From contig JAUIAT010000001.1 of the NCBI GenBank assembly GCA_030425295.1, positions 69,392 through 133,391 of the forward strand: a stretch of DNA of 64,000 nucleotides, written 5' to 3'. Origin of the DNA: Gammaproteobacteria bacterium. Its GTDB lineage: Bacteria; Pseudomonadota; Gammaproteobacteria; JAUIAT01. How positions within the stretch are numbered: the stretch's first letter is position 1; each line of letters opens with the position of its first letter. A model generated the notes under the pieces. It searched no databases, was not told the origin of the DNA, and worked only from the letters and a program-made list of their open reading frames with translations. Both the position numbers and the translations under genes were made by a program. Shown piece by piece: positions 17,078 to 27,394 of the stretch.

Positions 17078-18703
17078 TTACTGTATTTTTTCGCGCCAAG
17101 CACCGGCTCTGTAAGTTACTGGGCATTCGTTTCCAAGCTGAAAAATACTATTGAGCTGACCAGCATAACCAGTACTCACAACTGACCAGCTAGAGCCATC
17201 CCATTCGAGTATCTCACTGCTTTTATCACCCACGGCATAACATTTGTCGCTACTACAGCAATGGACATCGTTAAGTGCTGAGCCATATCCGGCAGGAATG
17301 CTTACAGTGCTCCAAGTGCTTCCATTGTAATGAAGAACAGTGGTTGTAAGCTCACCAACAGCCCAACAGTCACTGGAATTTACACAGGTTACATCATTTA
17401 ATGTTCCATTATATGTAACATTTGTTTTGGACCAGCTAGAGCCATTCCAGTTTATGACTTGGTTGTTATCTTCACCTACTGCCCAGCAATCTGTATCACT
17501 ATTACAGAATACTCCGTTTAAAGGTTCTTTATATGTATTACCAGGTATATTAGTTAGATTCCAGGTTCCATTATAATTTATAGCTTCTGGGGCATTTGCG
17601 TTTTTATCTGTGCCAACTGCCATGCAGTGAGTTGCGCTATTACAACTAACATCTCTCAGCGATCCTTTGAATTGGTTTGGTAGGCCTTGTGTAGACCAGT
17701 TGCCAGAGTTAGACCAGTCTGATCCAGACCATGCTAGGGCTATATCTGGGTCATCGCCTACAATCCAGCAGTTATCGGATGTGCCACAATCAACACTATA
17801 CATGTCTCCGCCAAACCCTAAGCCGCTTAGGTCCATAACTTCCCAATCAACTCCGGTCCAGCGGATTATGTCGTCCGCATTATCACCAACTGCCCAGCAA
17901 TGACTTAGGTCATTATTGTCGGTTCTGCAGACTACAGCATTTAATGGGTCTGTGAATGTTGTTACAGTAGTTTGATCCCATATATCACAATAATTGTGGT
18001 GTAGTACTGTGCTTGATAGCTCACCAACTGCAAAAATATCTGACGGTGTGAAAAATGGTCTTCCTACGACTCTTGTCGCTCTAGGGTTGGCGACACTCGG
18101 TACAGATCCATTGCTCCATAGGAACTTTTGAGTTTGCGCTATATCTGCACCAGCTGTGTGACTTACAGCTGTTGAGTTATAGGTGTTTCTAGAAACGCTA
18201 AGGAAACAGGGGGCTGTTTCTCCTAAGCACGCGGCATCAGTTGCACCAACTCCAGAATAACTAATAATTTCATTATCAATAGTGATTTGGCCTGATTTTG
18301 CAAAATCATTTATGTCGCTACCTCCAGGCACAGTAACTGGTACGATAGTGCTGGTATCTGTTATGTCACTAGTTAGGGTGAATCCTGTTGGAGTGAATCC
18401 AAACGTTGTAACACTATAGCCACCTTCACCCACCGAGTTATTTATAGTTGTGCCAATGGTGCAAGTGGTGTCGCCTTGTCTTGCTTTAAGAAGGCCTACT
18501 TCCAACCCCCCTTCAGCTATACCAAAAGATTGAGCAGACTCTAAATCAAGTAATGAGGCTCTGCCACTTGATGTAACAAGATCAGAGAATACAACCATGA
18601 TTAAAGACACAATTACTAACAATATGGCTGCAGTAATTGCCAAAAATCCATTTTGCGTTATTGTTCTATATATAGGTTTCTTGGGCATACAACCGTTGTC
18701 CAT
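17078..18703 (-). CDS. Pilus-associated beta-propeller protein (MshQ/PilY1-like position) with an N-terminal TM anchor and 7 Cys-containing repeats of about 40 aa
   Basis: Repeats of the form C[WY]AVG(D/E)xxxxI(L)xW(N/D)G(S)xW recur seven times (CWAVGDNADDIIRWTGVDW, CWIVGDDPDIALAWSGSDW, CWAVGEDNNQVINWNGSSW, CYAVGDKSSEILEWDGSSW and others). It is the last gene of a minor-pilin operon. Confidence 0.5.
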   Translation of the reverse strand: MDNGCMPKKPIYRTITQNGFLAITAAILLVIVSLIMVVFSDLVTSSGRASLLDLESAQSFGIAEGGLEVGLLKARQGDTTCTIGTTINNSVGEGGYSVTTFGFTPTGFTLTSDITDTSTIVPVTVPGGSDINDFAKSGQITIDNEIISYSGVGATDAACLGETAPCFLSVSRNTYNSTAVSHTAGADIAQTQKFLWSNGSVPSVANPRATRVVGRPFFTPSDIFAVGELSSTVLHHNYCDIWDQTTVTTFTDPLNAVVCRTDNNDLSHCWAVGDNADDIIRWTGVDWEVMDLSGLGFGGDMYSVDCGTSDNCWIVGDDPDIALAWSGSDWSNSGNWSTQGLPNQFKGSLRDVSCNSATHCMAVGTDKNANAPEAINYNGTWNLTNIPGNTYKEPLNGVFCNSDTDCWAVGEDNNQVINWNGSSWSKTNVTYNGTLNDVTCVNSSDCWAVGELTTTVLHYNGSTWSTVSIPAGYGSALNDVHCCSSDKCYAVGDKSSEILEWDGSSWSVVSTGYAGQLNSIFQLGNECPVTYRAGAWREKIQ

Positions 18704-19206
18704 GGTTTGCTTACGTCTCCATCAGTTACTGTTAAATTAATTTGTATACATTTTATATCTGGAAGAATGGTGTCAGAAGTGCTGGTTATTTCAGTATTAT
18801 TCTCATCAAACCATTCATAGTCAAAAGAGGGTATTTTGAATCCTAATAAATTTAGTGATGTGTGATACTCTCTGCTACGAATTCTGGTTCTATCTTGAGC
18901 GCCTTGGTAGTTTAGCTGTACTGAGGCCAGGTTTGTATTTGAAGTTGTATCGCCGTTGTAATTGTAGTTGTTAAAACGAATGTCAGTATTTCTAATTCTT
19001 TTAAGATCTGTTGCTGTGCGAAGTGATTTTGAGAATCTATTGAGAGTTATTCTGGCGTTCCAACCAGCATCAATATATTGTTTTCCCACCATGATTTTTT
19101 TGAATGCTGTACCAATTATCATGCCGCCAAGCATAGTTACTACGCTCAAAACTATAATAACTATAGCTAGCTCTATCAGTGTAAAGCCGTTATTAGTGCT
19201 ATTCAT
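18658..19206 (-). CDS. Type IV minor pilin (MshP/PilW-like)
   Basis: The prepilin N-terminus NNGFTLIELAIVIIVLSV carries the G|FTLIE cleavage/methylation motif. The product is 182 aa. Confidence 0.7.
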   Translation of the reverse strand: MNSTNNGFTLIELAIVIIVLSVVTMLGGMIIGTAFKKIMVGKQYIDAGWNARITLNRFSKSLRTATDLKRIRNTDIRFNNYNYNGDTTSNTNLASVQLNYQGAQDRTRIRSREYHTSLNLLGFKIPSFDYEWFDENNTEITSTSDTILPDIKCIQINLTVTDGDVSKPWTTVVCPRNLYIEQ

Positions 19207-19615
19207 CTTTATCGTTCGCTATTAAAGTTTTTAGAGTTGCATATCCGTCACCAGTTACTTCTATTGTTATCTCTGTTATATCTGGATCACTATCAAAGGT
19301 AGTCGTGCTGGTATTTACATTAAATCCTGATAAAACTTGGCATACACCAGTTGAAGAGCTTGAGCATGGGTCGGTTTGCGCAGAGGAGTAACCTTGAATA
19401 TGCTTTTGTTTGATCCACACTTCCATTCTGCCCTTAGCTAGCTCAAGAGCCTGAGAATTTGCAATTTGCCCGGGCATGTTTTTAATTGTCATAATAGGAA
19501 TCAATAGTGAGCCGGCAATAATTGAGATAACAATGATGAATACCCCAGCCTCTATTAGGCTGGCACCAAGTTGCTGAAAGAGCTTTATTGGGTTATAAGA
19601 AGCCGACATCTTCAA
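19199..19615 (-). CDS. Type IV minor pilin (MshD/MshO-like)
   Basis: The prepilin-type motif QQLGASLIEAGVFIIVISIIAG has a longer leader than usual. The product is 138 aa. Confidence 0.6.
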   Translation of the reverse strand: MKMSASYNPIKLFQQLGASLIEAGVFIIVISIIAGSLLIPIMTIKNMPGQIANSQALELAKGRMEVWIKQKHIQGYSSAQTDPCSSSSTGVCQVLSGFNVNTSTTTFDSDPDITEITIEVTGDGYATLKTLIANDKDE

Positions 19616-20072
19616 CCCCTCCGCTAACTCTTTGCAGTTCTATTTCATAATTGTTGCCGTCTGGGTCTATAAGATTAAGATCAGGGGTGCCTGTGATGGG
19701 ATTGCCAGCATCATCGTATGGGACGCCGAGTGAGTTGAAAGTTATGTTTGCTGGGGTTGATTGGAACTCGATTCCTTGCTTTAAAGTATAAGGGCTTTGT
19801 GATCTATCTCTGTAATTGTATATGTTGCCACTTGAGTCTTCTATTTGGTATTGAGTTGTGCTAATAAAGTTGATTTTATACCTTTCAAATTTAGTCATTG
19901 ATAATAGCTGAGCTAGACGGATGTCATTTGTGAGAAGCTTGGCTTGAGATTCAAGTGAGATAGTGTCTCCTGGCCATACTAAGGTGATGCCAAGAGTAAT
20001 AGTGCCTACAACTAATATTATAATTGCAAGCTCTATCAAGCTGAAGCCCTTTTGCCTTGTCAATATTTGCAT
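19593..20072 (-). CDS. Type IV minor pilin, GspH/FimT/MshC-like
   Basis: The N-terminus QKGFSLIELAIIILVVG is followed by the FimT/GspH-type segment TNDIRLAQLLSMTK. The product is 159 aa. Confidence 0.65.
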   Translation of the reverse strand: MQILTRQKGFSLIELAIIILVVGTITLGITLVWPGDTISLESQAKLLTNDIRLAQLLSMTKFERYKINFISTTQYQIEDSSGNIYNYRDRSQSPYTLKQGIEFQSTPANITFNSLGVPYDDAGNPITGTPDLNLIDPDGNNYEIELQRVSGGVEDVGFL

Positions 20073-20140
20073 TGGTTGTTAAACTCATCCATGTGTTTGT
20101 AAATCAAGCATTTTATTTTCTATTCTAGCACGAGGATTTC

Positions 20141-20809
20141 ATGAGAAAAATATGTTTAGTCGCTACCATAGTTACCTCTAGTCTTGTTTGCTTTACTGCT
20201 AATGCAAAGGCAGTACCTAATTTACCAGAAGTTAAAAAGGAGTTGGTGCAGTATCATGACTCTGGTGAGTACAAGAAACAAGTTCAGGCAGTGGTTGATA
20301 AAGCAACTGAGTATCTAAAGAAAAGAATTACTGAAAATAATAAATTGTCACAACCTAAAAAATTAGCAGTAGTTTTTGATATCGATGAAACGGTTCTGTC
20401 AAATTATATTCATATGAAAGAATTAAGCTTTGGTGGTACTTTAAAAGATTTTCGTTTAAATGAGTTTAAGGCTGATGATCCAGCAATTATCCCCGTTAGA
20501 AATTTTTATGAATTTGCTGAAGATAATGGTGTAGCGGTGTTTTTTGTGACCGGCCGTAAAGAAGATGAGAGATCGGTAACAGAGCGTAATTTGCATAATG
20601 CAGGTTATTCTATGTGGAAAAAACTTTACTTAAAGCCCGAAGGATATAATGAAAAATCTGCTGTGCCTTATAAATCAGGAATTCGCTCTGCAATTGAAGC
20701 TCAAGGATATGACATTGTAATTAATATGGGTGATCAGAAGAGTGATTTGCTTGGTGGTCATGCTGATGCTGACTTTAAGCTACCAAATCCTTATTATTAT
20801 ATTCCTTAG
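20141..20809 (+). CDS. Secreted class B (plant-type/HAD) acid phosphatase
   Basis: It has a signal peptide, the HAD motif I (VVFDIDETVL) and the C-terminal GDQKSDL motif. The product is 222 aa. Confidence 0.75.
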   Translation: MRKICLVATIVTSSLVCFTANAKAVPNLPEVKKELVQYHDSGEYKKQVQAVVDKATEYLKKRITENNKLSQPKKLAVVFDIDETVLSNYIHMKELSFGGTLKDFRLNEFKADDPAIIPVRNFYEFAEDNGVAVFFVTGRKEDERSVTERNLHNAGYSMWKKLYLKPEGYNEKSAVPYKSGIRSAIEAQGYDIVINMGDQKSDLLGGHADADFKLPNPYYYIP

Positions 20810-20814
20810 TGGTG

Positions 20815-20960
20815 AATTGGATCCCTCGACATCGTGCTTCGCACTTCGCTCGGGATGACCAGGTGGTGAGTCATTCCGAGCGTAGTCGAGGGATCTGAAC
20901 TCAGCATAAAGTCAGATCTCTCCATTCCGCACCTTTGGTGCTCCAGTCGAGATGACCGTT
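20815..20960. repeat. Palindromic repeat element of the same family as 15082-15340
   Basis: The outer arms ggatccctcgac/gtcgagggatc are inverted, as are the inner arms gctcgggatgac/gtcattccgagcg. The segment gtcagatctctccattccgcacctttggtgctccagtcgagatgac is the reverse complement of sequence at 15148-15240. Confidence 0.8.
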
Positions 20961-20978
20961 CAGCGCCCTGATATACTG

Positions 20979-22043
20979 CTATCTGGTCACTCGCCAAATA
21001 ATAGTGCTAATAATTGCTACCAAAATAATTGGTATTAGCGCTGCCATTACAGGTGGTATACGATAAACAATGCTCAAAGGGCCTATAAACTTATCTACTA
21101 AATAAAAGCTCAAGCCTGCCATAGAGCCAATTACAATTCTCAAGCCAATAGTTGTTGTTTGCAGTGAGCCAAAAGCAAATGGTAAGGCTAAACCAAGCAT
21201 GGCTATTGCGGCCAATGGATTAAGAACTCTTTGCCAAAAATTAAATTCTAGAAAATCGCTTTGTAGGTTGTTTTTCTTTCTGGTCTCGATCTGTTTATAT
21301 AGTTGCCAAAGTGGCTTTTCGCCGGCAGACAGTCTTGATAACATAATAATTTGAGGGCTAAAATCCATAGGCCAAGTGTTGGTTTTCTCCTTGCTTAAGT
21401 CAACTTTTTCAGATTTTATAGTGCTTGTAGTAATGTCGTTAAATTGCCACTTTTTATTACTATATTTTCCGTTATTTGCGTAGTCTACCGCGGTCATTTG
21501 GTATTTTTCATTAAATCGATATCTGACAATATTATGCAATATACCCTTGTAATCAATATTCTCTATATATATAAAGTCGCGGTTTTCTCGGAGCCAAACC
21601 CCAGATGCACTAGAATATGCGTTACCTTTAGTGATTGCTCTTGTTTTCATATTTTGCCCAGAGTTGAGGGCGTACGGAGCGATTATTTCACCAATAAATA
21701 AAACCCCTACAAGCATTATAGCCATAGCAGAAAGTAAGGCGGTAATTAGTTGGGATCTTGATAGGCCGCAAACTCTCATCACTATTAATTCTTTATGAGA
21801 TGCTAAATTTCCTAAAGCTAGAAGGGCTCCTAGTAAGACTGTGATTGGAAAGAACTCATAAATTGAAGTTGGTAGCTCGGATAGCATGTAAACTATGGCG
21901 GTTATAATATTGTAGTTACCCATGCCTAAGCTATGTAATTCATTGCCAAAAGAAATAAAAATCTTTAAGGCAATCAGCAAAACCATTACGCCAATAGTTT
22001 TGCTGATAAATTGTTTGTTCATATAGAGGGATAGTTTTTTCAT
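20979..22043 (-). CDS. lptG: LPS export ABC permease LptG
   Basis: It belongs to the YjgP/YjgQ permease family with 6 TM helices, and is the second gene of an lptFG pair with a 4-bp overlap. Confidence 0.8.
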   Translation of the reverse strand: MKKLSLYMNKQFISKTIGVMVLLIALKIFISFGNELHSLGMGNYNIITAIVYMLSELPTSIYEFFPITVLLGALLALGNLASHKELIVMRVCGLSRSQLITALLSAMAIMLVGVLFIGEIIAPYALNSGQNMKTRAITKGNAYSSASGVWLRENRDFIYIENIDYKGILHNIVRYRFNEKYQMTAVDYANNGKYSNKKWQFNDITTSTIKSEKVDLSKEKTNTWPMDFSPQIIMLSRLSAGEKPLWQLYKQIETRKKNNLQSDFLEFNFWQRVLNPLAAIAMLGLALPFAFGSLQTTTIGLRIVIGSMAGLSFYLVDKFIGPLSIVYRIPPVMAALIPIILVAIISTIIWRVTR

Positions 22044-23209
22044 TGTTTGGCCCTCTTTCTTTCAAACCAACCAAATGACCTTGCTAGTAGTAAGAATGCT
22101 ATTACAGCTAGTGATCCGTGAACCCACCAAAGACCCAAGGCATGGCTAATTTCTCCCTGTTGAATCCATGCTCTAGAAATAAACATTAAGTTGGCGTAGC
22201 CAATATAAATAAAAATACCTGGGAGTAATAAGCTAAATCTACTTTTTACCGGTCGAGTAGGACAAAGTCCAACTGCTACAAATGCAAGCAGAATTGTTGA
22301 TAGGGGGAGGCTGATGCGCCATTGGAACTCAGCAGCAGCTTGATGGTCTTTAGGTGAGCTATTCCAGAGTTCTGTCATGGATTTAAATTCGGCATCATTT
22401 TTTAATTTTGGGGGGGATTGTGTAAGCTTTATGCCAAATTTTTCATAAGAGTCTATGAGGAAATCTTGTGTTTTCGGAGCTAATGAATAGCGGTTTCCAC
22501 TCCTGAGCTCGAGGTAATCTCTGTCATCTTTAGTGATTTGTTCTGCTGAATCAGCTGTAATTATGGTCCATTTGTCTTTGCTAGAAAAAGCTTTTTTGGG
22601 GACTTTGGCCGCAAATATGTGTTTAAGTGATTGCCTATCCTTAGTTAGGTCTTCTGTGTATAAGACCCAGCCGCCGCCAAAACCTTGAAAGTGCCCTGGT
22701 AACATCCTTTCAATTGGGTTGCTTGATTTGGCAAAAGCGATAACGTTTTTTCGGTACCAGTTCATATATGGTTCCATCCAAAACATTAAAATCATTACTA
22801 TTATTGCCACACCAGCTGCAAAGATAGTTATAAGCTTTAAGAATTGCGCTCTTGAAAGACCGCTAGCGAAGGCTGCAGTCATTTCGTTTTCATTTGACAG
22901 GCGGCCAATTACTAATAAAACACTTATAAAAAATGCTAAAGGAAGTAAAAATCCTAGTAAAAGAGGAGCTTGGACAATAAATAATTGTAGTAGGCTAAAT
23001 GCAGAAATAATGCCAGTAGCAGCGTCTTTTAAATAATGAATAACCTGATTTGTCACAAGAATTAGCAGCAATATACAGGCTGTCGCGACCAAGGTTGCGT
23101 ATATTTCCCTACTAAAATACCGAAATAAAATCACTTGTTCCTCGCTACGATTATTGAACGCCCGAGCTTTGGCATACTTTGAACGAAAAAAACTCTCTCC
23201 GTTGCTCAT
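22040..23209 (-). CDS. lptF: LPS export ABC permease LptF
   Basis: It belongs to the YjgP/YjgQ family and is the first gene of the pair. The product is 389 aa. Confidence 0.8.
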   Translation of the reverse strand: MSNGESFFRSKYAKARAFNNRSEEQVILFRYFSREIYATLVATACILLLILVTNQVIHYLKDAATGIISAFSLLQLFIVQAPLLLGFLLPLAFFISVLLVIGRLSNENEMTAAFASGLSRAQFLKLITIFAAGVAIIVMILMFWMEPYMNWYRKNVIAFAKSSNPIERMLPGHFQGFGGGWVLYTEDLTKDRQSLKHIFAAKVPKKAFSSKDKWTIITADSAEQITKDDRDYLELRSGNRYSLAPKTQDFLIDSYEKFGIKLTQSPPKLKNDAEFKSMTELWNSSPKDHQAAAEFQWRISLPLSTILLAFVAVGLCPTRPVKSRFSLLLPGIFIYIGYANLMFISRAWIQQGEISHALGLWWVHGSLAVIAFLLLARSFGWFERKRAKQ

Positions 23210-23383
23210 GTATGCGTCAATACACTCCTCTGCTCGATAGCTTTTTCGTTCAAATTCCGCTCAAATCTGGGCGTTCCCCGTAATTTGAGTGTTTTGTTAG
23301 TATTACTCGATTTGTAACTAGTTTAAATCAAAGTAAATTGTTATTATATCGCCCATATTACGTCAATCGAAAGAGTATGTACA

Positions 23384-26149
23384 ATGGATAAGACCTATCA
23401 GCCACAAAGTATAGAACATAAATGGTCAGCAGAGTGGGAGAAAGCTAAGGCTTTTGTTCCAACTGGAGATGGTAAACCTTATTGCATCGTGATTCCGCCA
23501 CCAAATGTGACAGGAACTTTGCATATGGGGCATGGTTTTCAGGTTGCTTTGCAAGATGCTCTTATCCGTTATCATCGTATGCTTGGTGATTATACTTTAT
23601 GGCAAGTTGGTATGGATCATGCTGGTATTGCAACACAAATGGTTGTTGAGCGTCGACTTGCTCAGCAAAGCAAGCGCCGTGTAGATATGGGGCGTGATGA
23701 ATTTGAAAAAGAAATTTGGGCGTGGGTAGAGTATTCAAGTGAACATATTCGTGGGCAGCTAAAGCGGCTTGGCGCATCTGTTGATTGGGAGCGCGAACGT
23801 TTTACCATGGACTCTGACCTTTCAAAGGCAGTTAATCATGTATTTGTTGAGCTTTATAAGCGCGGTTTGCTTTATCGTGGCAAGCGACTAGTTAACTGGG
23901 ATACTAAACTTCGCACAGCTCTATCTGATTTAGAAGTTGAAAACCATGAAGAAGAGGGCAGTCTCTGGTATTTTGAGTATCCATTGACTGATGGCACAGG
24001 TTCTATCACTATTGCGACAACTCGTCCTGAAACTATGCTTGGGGATACTGCCGTTGCAGTTCATCCAGATGATGAAAGATATAAAAACTTAATTGGTAAA
24101 ACTGTCACTCTTCCTCTTGTAAATCGTGAAATTCCTATTGTTGGCGACATTGAAGTTGATCCTGAATTTGGAACAGGGTGTGTGAAAATTACTCCAGCCC
24201 ATGATTTTAATGATTATCGCATGGGTAAGCGTCACGACTTACCAATGATCAATATCCTAACCGATGATGGTCATTTGAATGATGACGTGCCAGAAAAATA
24301 TCGAGGTCTTGAGCGTTTTGAGGCACGTAAAGTTGTATTGGCAGACCTTGAAGCCGAAGGGCGCCTAGTTAAAACTGATAAGCATAGTTTGAAGGTGCCA
24401 AGAGGTGATCGCTCAGGGACTGTAGTTGAGCCATATTTAACTTACCAATGGTTTGTAAAGGCTGACACTTTAGCAGCCGCTGCTAAAAAGGCAGCTGATA
24501 ATGGTGATTTTGAATTTGTTCCAGGGAACTGGATTAATACATACAACCAATGGCTTGAAAATATTGAAGATTGGTGCGTGAGCCGTCAACTTTGGTGGGG
24601 GCATAGAATTCCTGCTTGGTTTGATGAAGAGGGTAATGTTTATGTGGCTGAAAATGAAGCTGAGGCGCGTAAGCAAAATAATTTATCTGATGATATTAAG
24701 CTTACCCAGGATGATGATGTATTGGACACTTGGTTTTCTTCTGCCTTATGGCCTTTTGCAACTCAAGGTTGGCCTGAAAATACTGAAAACTACAAAAAAT
24801 TCTATCCAACGCAAGTTTTGGTAACTGGATTTGATATTATTTTCTTTTGGGTTGCAAGAATGGTGATGATGGGTATTGAGTTTACTGATCAAGTTCCATT
24901 TGAGGATGTATATATAACTGGCCTTATTCGAGATGGGCATGGCCAAAAGATGTCAAAATCCAAAGGTAATGTTTTGGATCCAATTGATCTTGTCGATGGT
25001 ATTGGCGTTGAGGAGCTAATAGAAAAGCGCACTAAAGGCTTGATGCAGCCAAAGATGGCTGAGAAAATTTCTAAAGCTACCAAAAAAGAATTCCCGGAAG
25101 GTATCTCTGGCTTTGGTACTGATGCTTTACGTTTCACGTTTTGCGCCTTAGCTTCTCCAACTCGAAACATCAATTTTGATACTCATAGGCTAGAAGGTTA
25201 TCGTAATTTCTGTAACAAACTTTGGAATGCGGCGCGTTTTGTATTTATGCAGCTAGAGCAGCAGGATTTTGATCTTCATAGCGGTGAAGTTGAATATAGT
25301 TTGGCAGATGTTTGGATTAAGTCAGAGCTGCAACGTTTAGTTGATTCTTCTCATAAAGCTTTCGAAGAGTATAGATTTGATCGATTGGTCGACTCTCAAT
25401 ATAAATTCGTTTGGAATATGTTCTGTGATTGGTATTTGGAGCTAACCAAGGTTGTTCTAAATGATAAAGAGCAATCTGTTGAGCTTAAGCGTGGTGCTTG
25501 TCAGACTTTAATGTCAGTTTTAGATTCAGTGTTGCGTCTTCTTCATCCTGTTATGCCATTTATTACCGAAGAAATTTGGCAGCAATTAAGTACTGTTGCT
25601 AGCTTGGAAGGTGATATGCTTTGCATTCAATCCTACCCTGAAAAAGTTTTTGAAATTGATAATAAAGCTATGGCGGATATGCAGTGGCTACAGCAATTTA
25701 TTTCTGAAATTCGTAATATTCGTGGTGAGATGGGAGTTTCTCCTAGCAAGCAAATCGATGTGCTTCTATCAAAAGGTATCGATGCAGATAAGCAAAAAGT
25801 TGCTGATCTGACCTCATGGTTACAATCCTTATCTAAAGTTAGTTCAATAGCTTGGGTTGAGAGTAAGGATGTGCCAGAACTTTCAGCTACTGGACTTGTC
25901 GGTAAGCTTGAAATATATGTGCCATTTGCTGATTTGATTGATATGTCGGCTGAGTGTGCCCGACTTGAAAAAGAAATTGCAAAGCTTGCTAAGTCAATAG
26001 GGGTTAGTGAGAAAAAACTTGCTAATGAAAGGTTCGTTGAAAAGGCGCCAAAAGATGTAGTTGAGGCTGAAAAGGCTAAGTTAGCTGAAGAGCAAGAGGC
26101 GAGTCAGAAATTAGTAGCTAGACTTGATCTACTATCAGCAAACCAATAG
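23384..26149 (+). CDS. valS: Valyl-tRNA synthetase
   Basis: It is a class I aminoacyl-tRNA synthetase with the HIGH-type motif (PPNVTGTLHMGHGF) and KMSKS, plus a C-terminal coiled coil. The product is 921 aa. Confidence 0.95.
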   Translation: MDKTYQPQSIEHKWSAEWEKAKAFVPTGDGKPYCIVIPPPNVTGTLHMGHGFQVALQDALIRYHRMLGDYTLWQVGMDHAGIATQMVVERRLAQQSKRRVDMGRDEFEKEIWAWVEYSSEHIRGQLKRLGASVDWERERFTMDSDLSKAVNHVFVELYKRGLLYRGKRLVNWDTKLRTALSDLEVENHEEEGSLWYFEYPLTDGTGSITIATTRPETMLGDTAVAVHPDDERYKNLIGKTVTLPLVNREIPIVGDIEVDPEFGTGCVKITPAHDFNDYRMGKRHDLPMINILTDDGHLNDDVPEKYRGLERFEARKVVLADLEAEGRLVKTDKHSLKVPRGDRSGTVVEPYLTYQWFVKADTLAAAAKKAADNGDFEFVPGNWINTYNQWLENIEDWCVSRQLWWGHRIPAWFDEEGNVYVAENEAEARKQNNLSDDIKLTQDDDVLDTWFSSALWPFATQGWPENTENYKKFYPTQVLVTGFDIIFFWVARMVMMGIEFTDQVPFEDVYITGLIRDGHGQKMSKSKGNVLDPIDLVDGIGVEELIEKRTKGLMQPKMAEKISKATKKEFPEGISGFGTDALRFTFCALASPTRNINFDTHRLEGYRNFCNKLWNAARFVFMQLEQQDFDLHSGEVEYSLADVWIKSELQRLVDSSHKAFEEYRFDRLVDSQYKFVWNMFCDWYLELTKVVLNDKEQSVELKRGACQTLMSVLDSVLRLLHPVMPFITEEIWQQLSTVASLEGDMLCIQSYPEKVFEIDNKAMADMQWLQQFISEIRNIRGEMGVSPSKQIDVLLSKGIDADKQKVADLTSWLQSLSKVSSIAWVESKDVPELSATGLVGKLEIYVPFADLIDMSAECARLEKEIAKLAKSIGVSEKKLANERFVEKAPKDVVEAEKAKLAEEQEASQKLVARLDLLSANQ

Positions 26150-26265
26150 ATAGGCAGGTTGTTCCCATATGTTGTCATCACGTGGCTTTACCACGGGGTC
26201 TCGTTGACTTTATTGCTAGATTCCAGGCTTCGTTTAGATAGCATGGGGTGTTGGTTTTTTTTATT

Positions 26266-26832
26266 TTACCTAGATACCAAGCTTAAAAATTCATTTCTAG
26301 TGCAGGAGTTGCTTCTAAAGCTCCCGAGCATCATAGATGTTTTCATGTAGGCATTTTGTTTGCCAACGCCACGCATCATCATGCACATATGTTGTGATTC
26401 AATAATTACGCCTACACCACGAGCTTCTGTCATTTCTATTAGGCAGTTAGCAATTTGAGCAGTCATTTGTTCTTGTATTTGTAGTCTTTTCGCATAGATA
26501 TCAACAATGCGAGGGATTTTAGATAGGCCAATAACTTTACCTTTAGGAAGGTATCCAACATGACATTTCCCCATGAAAGGAACCAAGTGATGCTCGCATA
26601 AAGAATAAAACTCAATGTCTTTGACGATAACCATTTCATCCATTTCAGAGCTAAATAATGCATCATTAACTACTTCTTTTGGGTCAATCGCGTAGCCAGA
26701 AGTCATGTCCTGAAAGGTTTTGGCTGCTCTTTCCGGGGTTTTGAGTAAACCCTCACGGGAGGGGTCTTCGCCAAGCTCTTCAAGGATGGATTTTATGTGG
26801 TCTTTGATCATTGTTGCGTCACTTCTGTTCAA
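26266..26832 (-). CDS. folE: GTP cyclohydrolase I
   Basis: It has the conserved [10 protein letters not shown] motif and [13 protein letters not shown]. The product is 188 aa. Confidence 0.9.
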   Translation of the reverse strand: MNRSDATMIKDHIKSILEELGEDPSREGLLKTPERAAKTFQDMTSGYAIDPKEVVNDALFSSEMDEMVIVKDIEFYSLCEHHLVPFMGKCHVGYLPKGKVIGLSKIPRIVDIYAKRLQIQEQMTAQIANCLIEMTEARGVGVIIESQHMCMMMRGVGKQNAYMKTSMMLGSFRSNSCTRNEFLSLVSR

Positions 26833-26934
26833 AACTGTGACAAAATTTTACCAGAAAAGGTCCCATCTTTACAATGTATTGTGCGCTGGATTTCAGCTTG
26901 CACAGGGATTACGTTATTTAGGTTATGGGTGAGT

Positions 26935-27276
26935 CTAGCCTGGAGGCCAAGCCATTTGTCTGCCACCTAAAACATGTAGGTGTATATGGAATACACTTTG
27001 TCCAGCACCAGCTTGGCAGTTAAGGACTATACGGTAACCGCTCTGGTCAATATCTAGTCCTTTAGCAATTTTTTTGGCTGTTAAAACCATGCGGCCAATA
27101 AGCTCGGCTTGGTCTTCTTCAATATCGTTCGTCGTTGCTATATGGGTGCGAGGTATTATAAGGATATGTTCAGGAGCTTGAGGATCAAGGTCGTTAAAGG
27201 CAATGATATCATTGTCTTCATAAATAATGTTGGCAGGTATTTCCTTGTCTGCAATCTTGCAAAATACGCAATCCAC
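26935..27276 (-). CDS. HIT-family nucleotide hydrolase (HinT-like)
   Basis: The histidine triad HIHLHVLGG is present. The product is 113 aa. Confidence 0.85.
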   Translation of the reverse strand: MDCVFCKIADKEIPANIIYEDNDIIAFNDLDPQAPEHILIIPRTHIATTNDIEEDQAELIGRMVLTAKKIAKGLDIDQSGYRIVLNCQAGAGQSVFHIHLHVLGGRQMAWPPG

Positions 27277-27394
27277 TCTGAGCTCCTATATTCTCTTTAC
27301 AAAAGGATAAGGTATTCAATTGGCAGAGTTTCGTCAAGCAATAAAAATGGGGTAATATGAAGTTGTAATAGTTTGTAATAAGGAGTGTCGAATT

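Noticed and set aside
16858..17103. Overlapping ORFs on both strands encoding PRDDRF-type peptide repeats.
   Set aside because: They are translations of the 21-bp tandem DNA repeat and hairpin array. No start context was found and composition is driven by the repeat.
20806..20997. A 63-aa ORF on the minus strand after the acid phosphatase gene.
   Set aside because: It is made of the palindromic repeat element (GGATCCCTCGAC...GTCGAGGGATC). A similar repeat-derived ORF occurs at 14941..15138.
26159..26350. A 63-aa ORF between valS and folE.
   Set aside because: It overlaps the 3' end of folE on the opposite strand, sits in a convergent intergenic region and has no supporting features.
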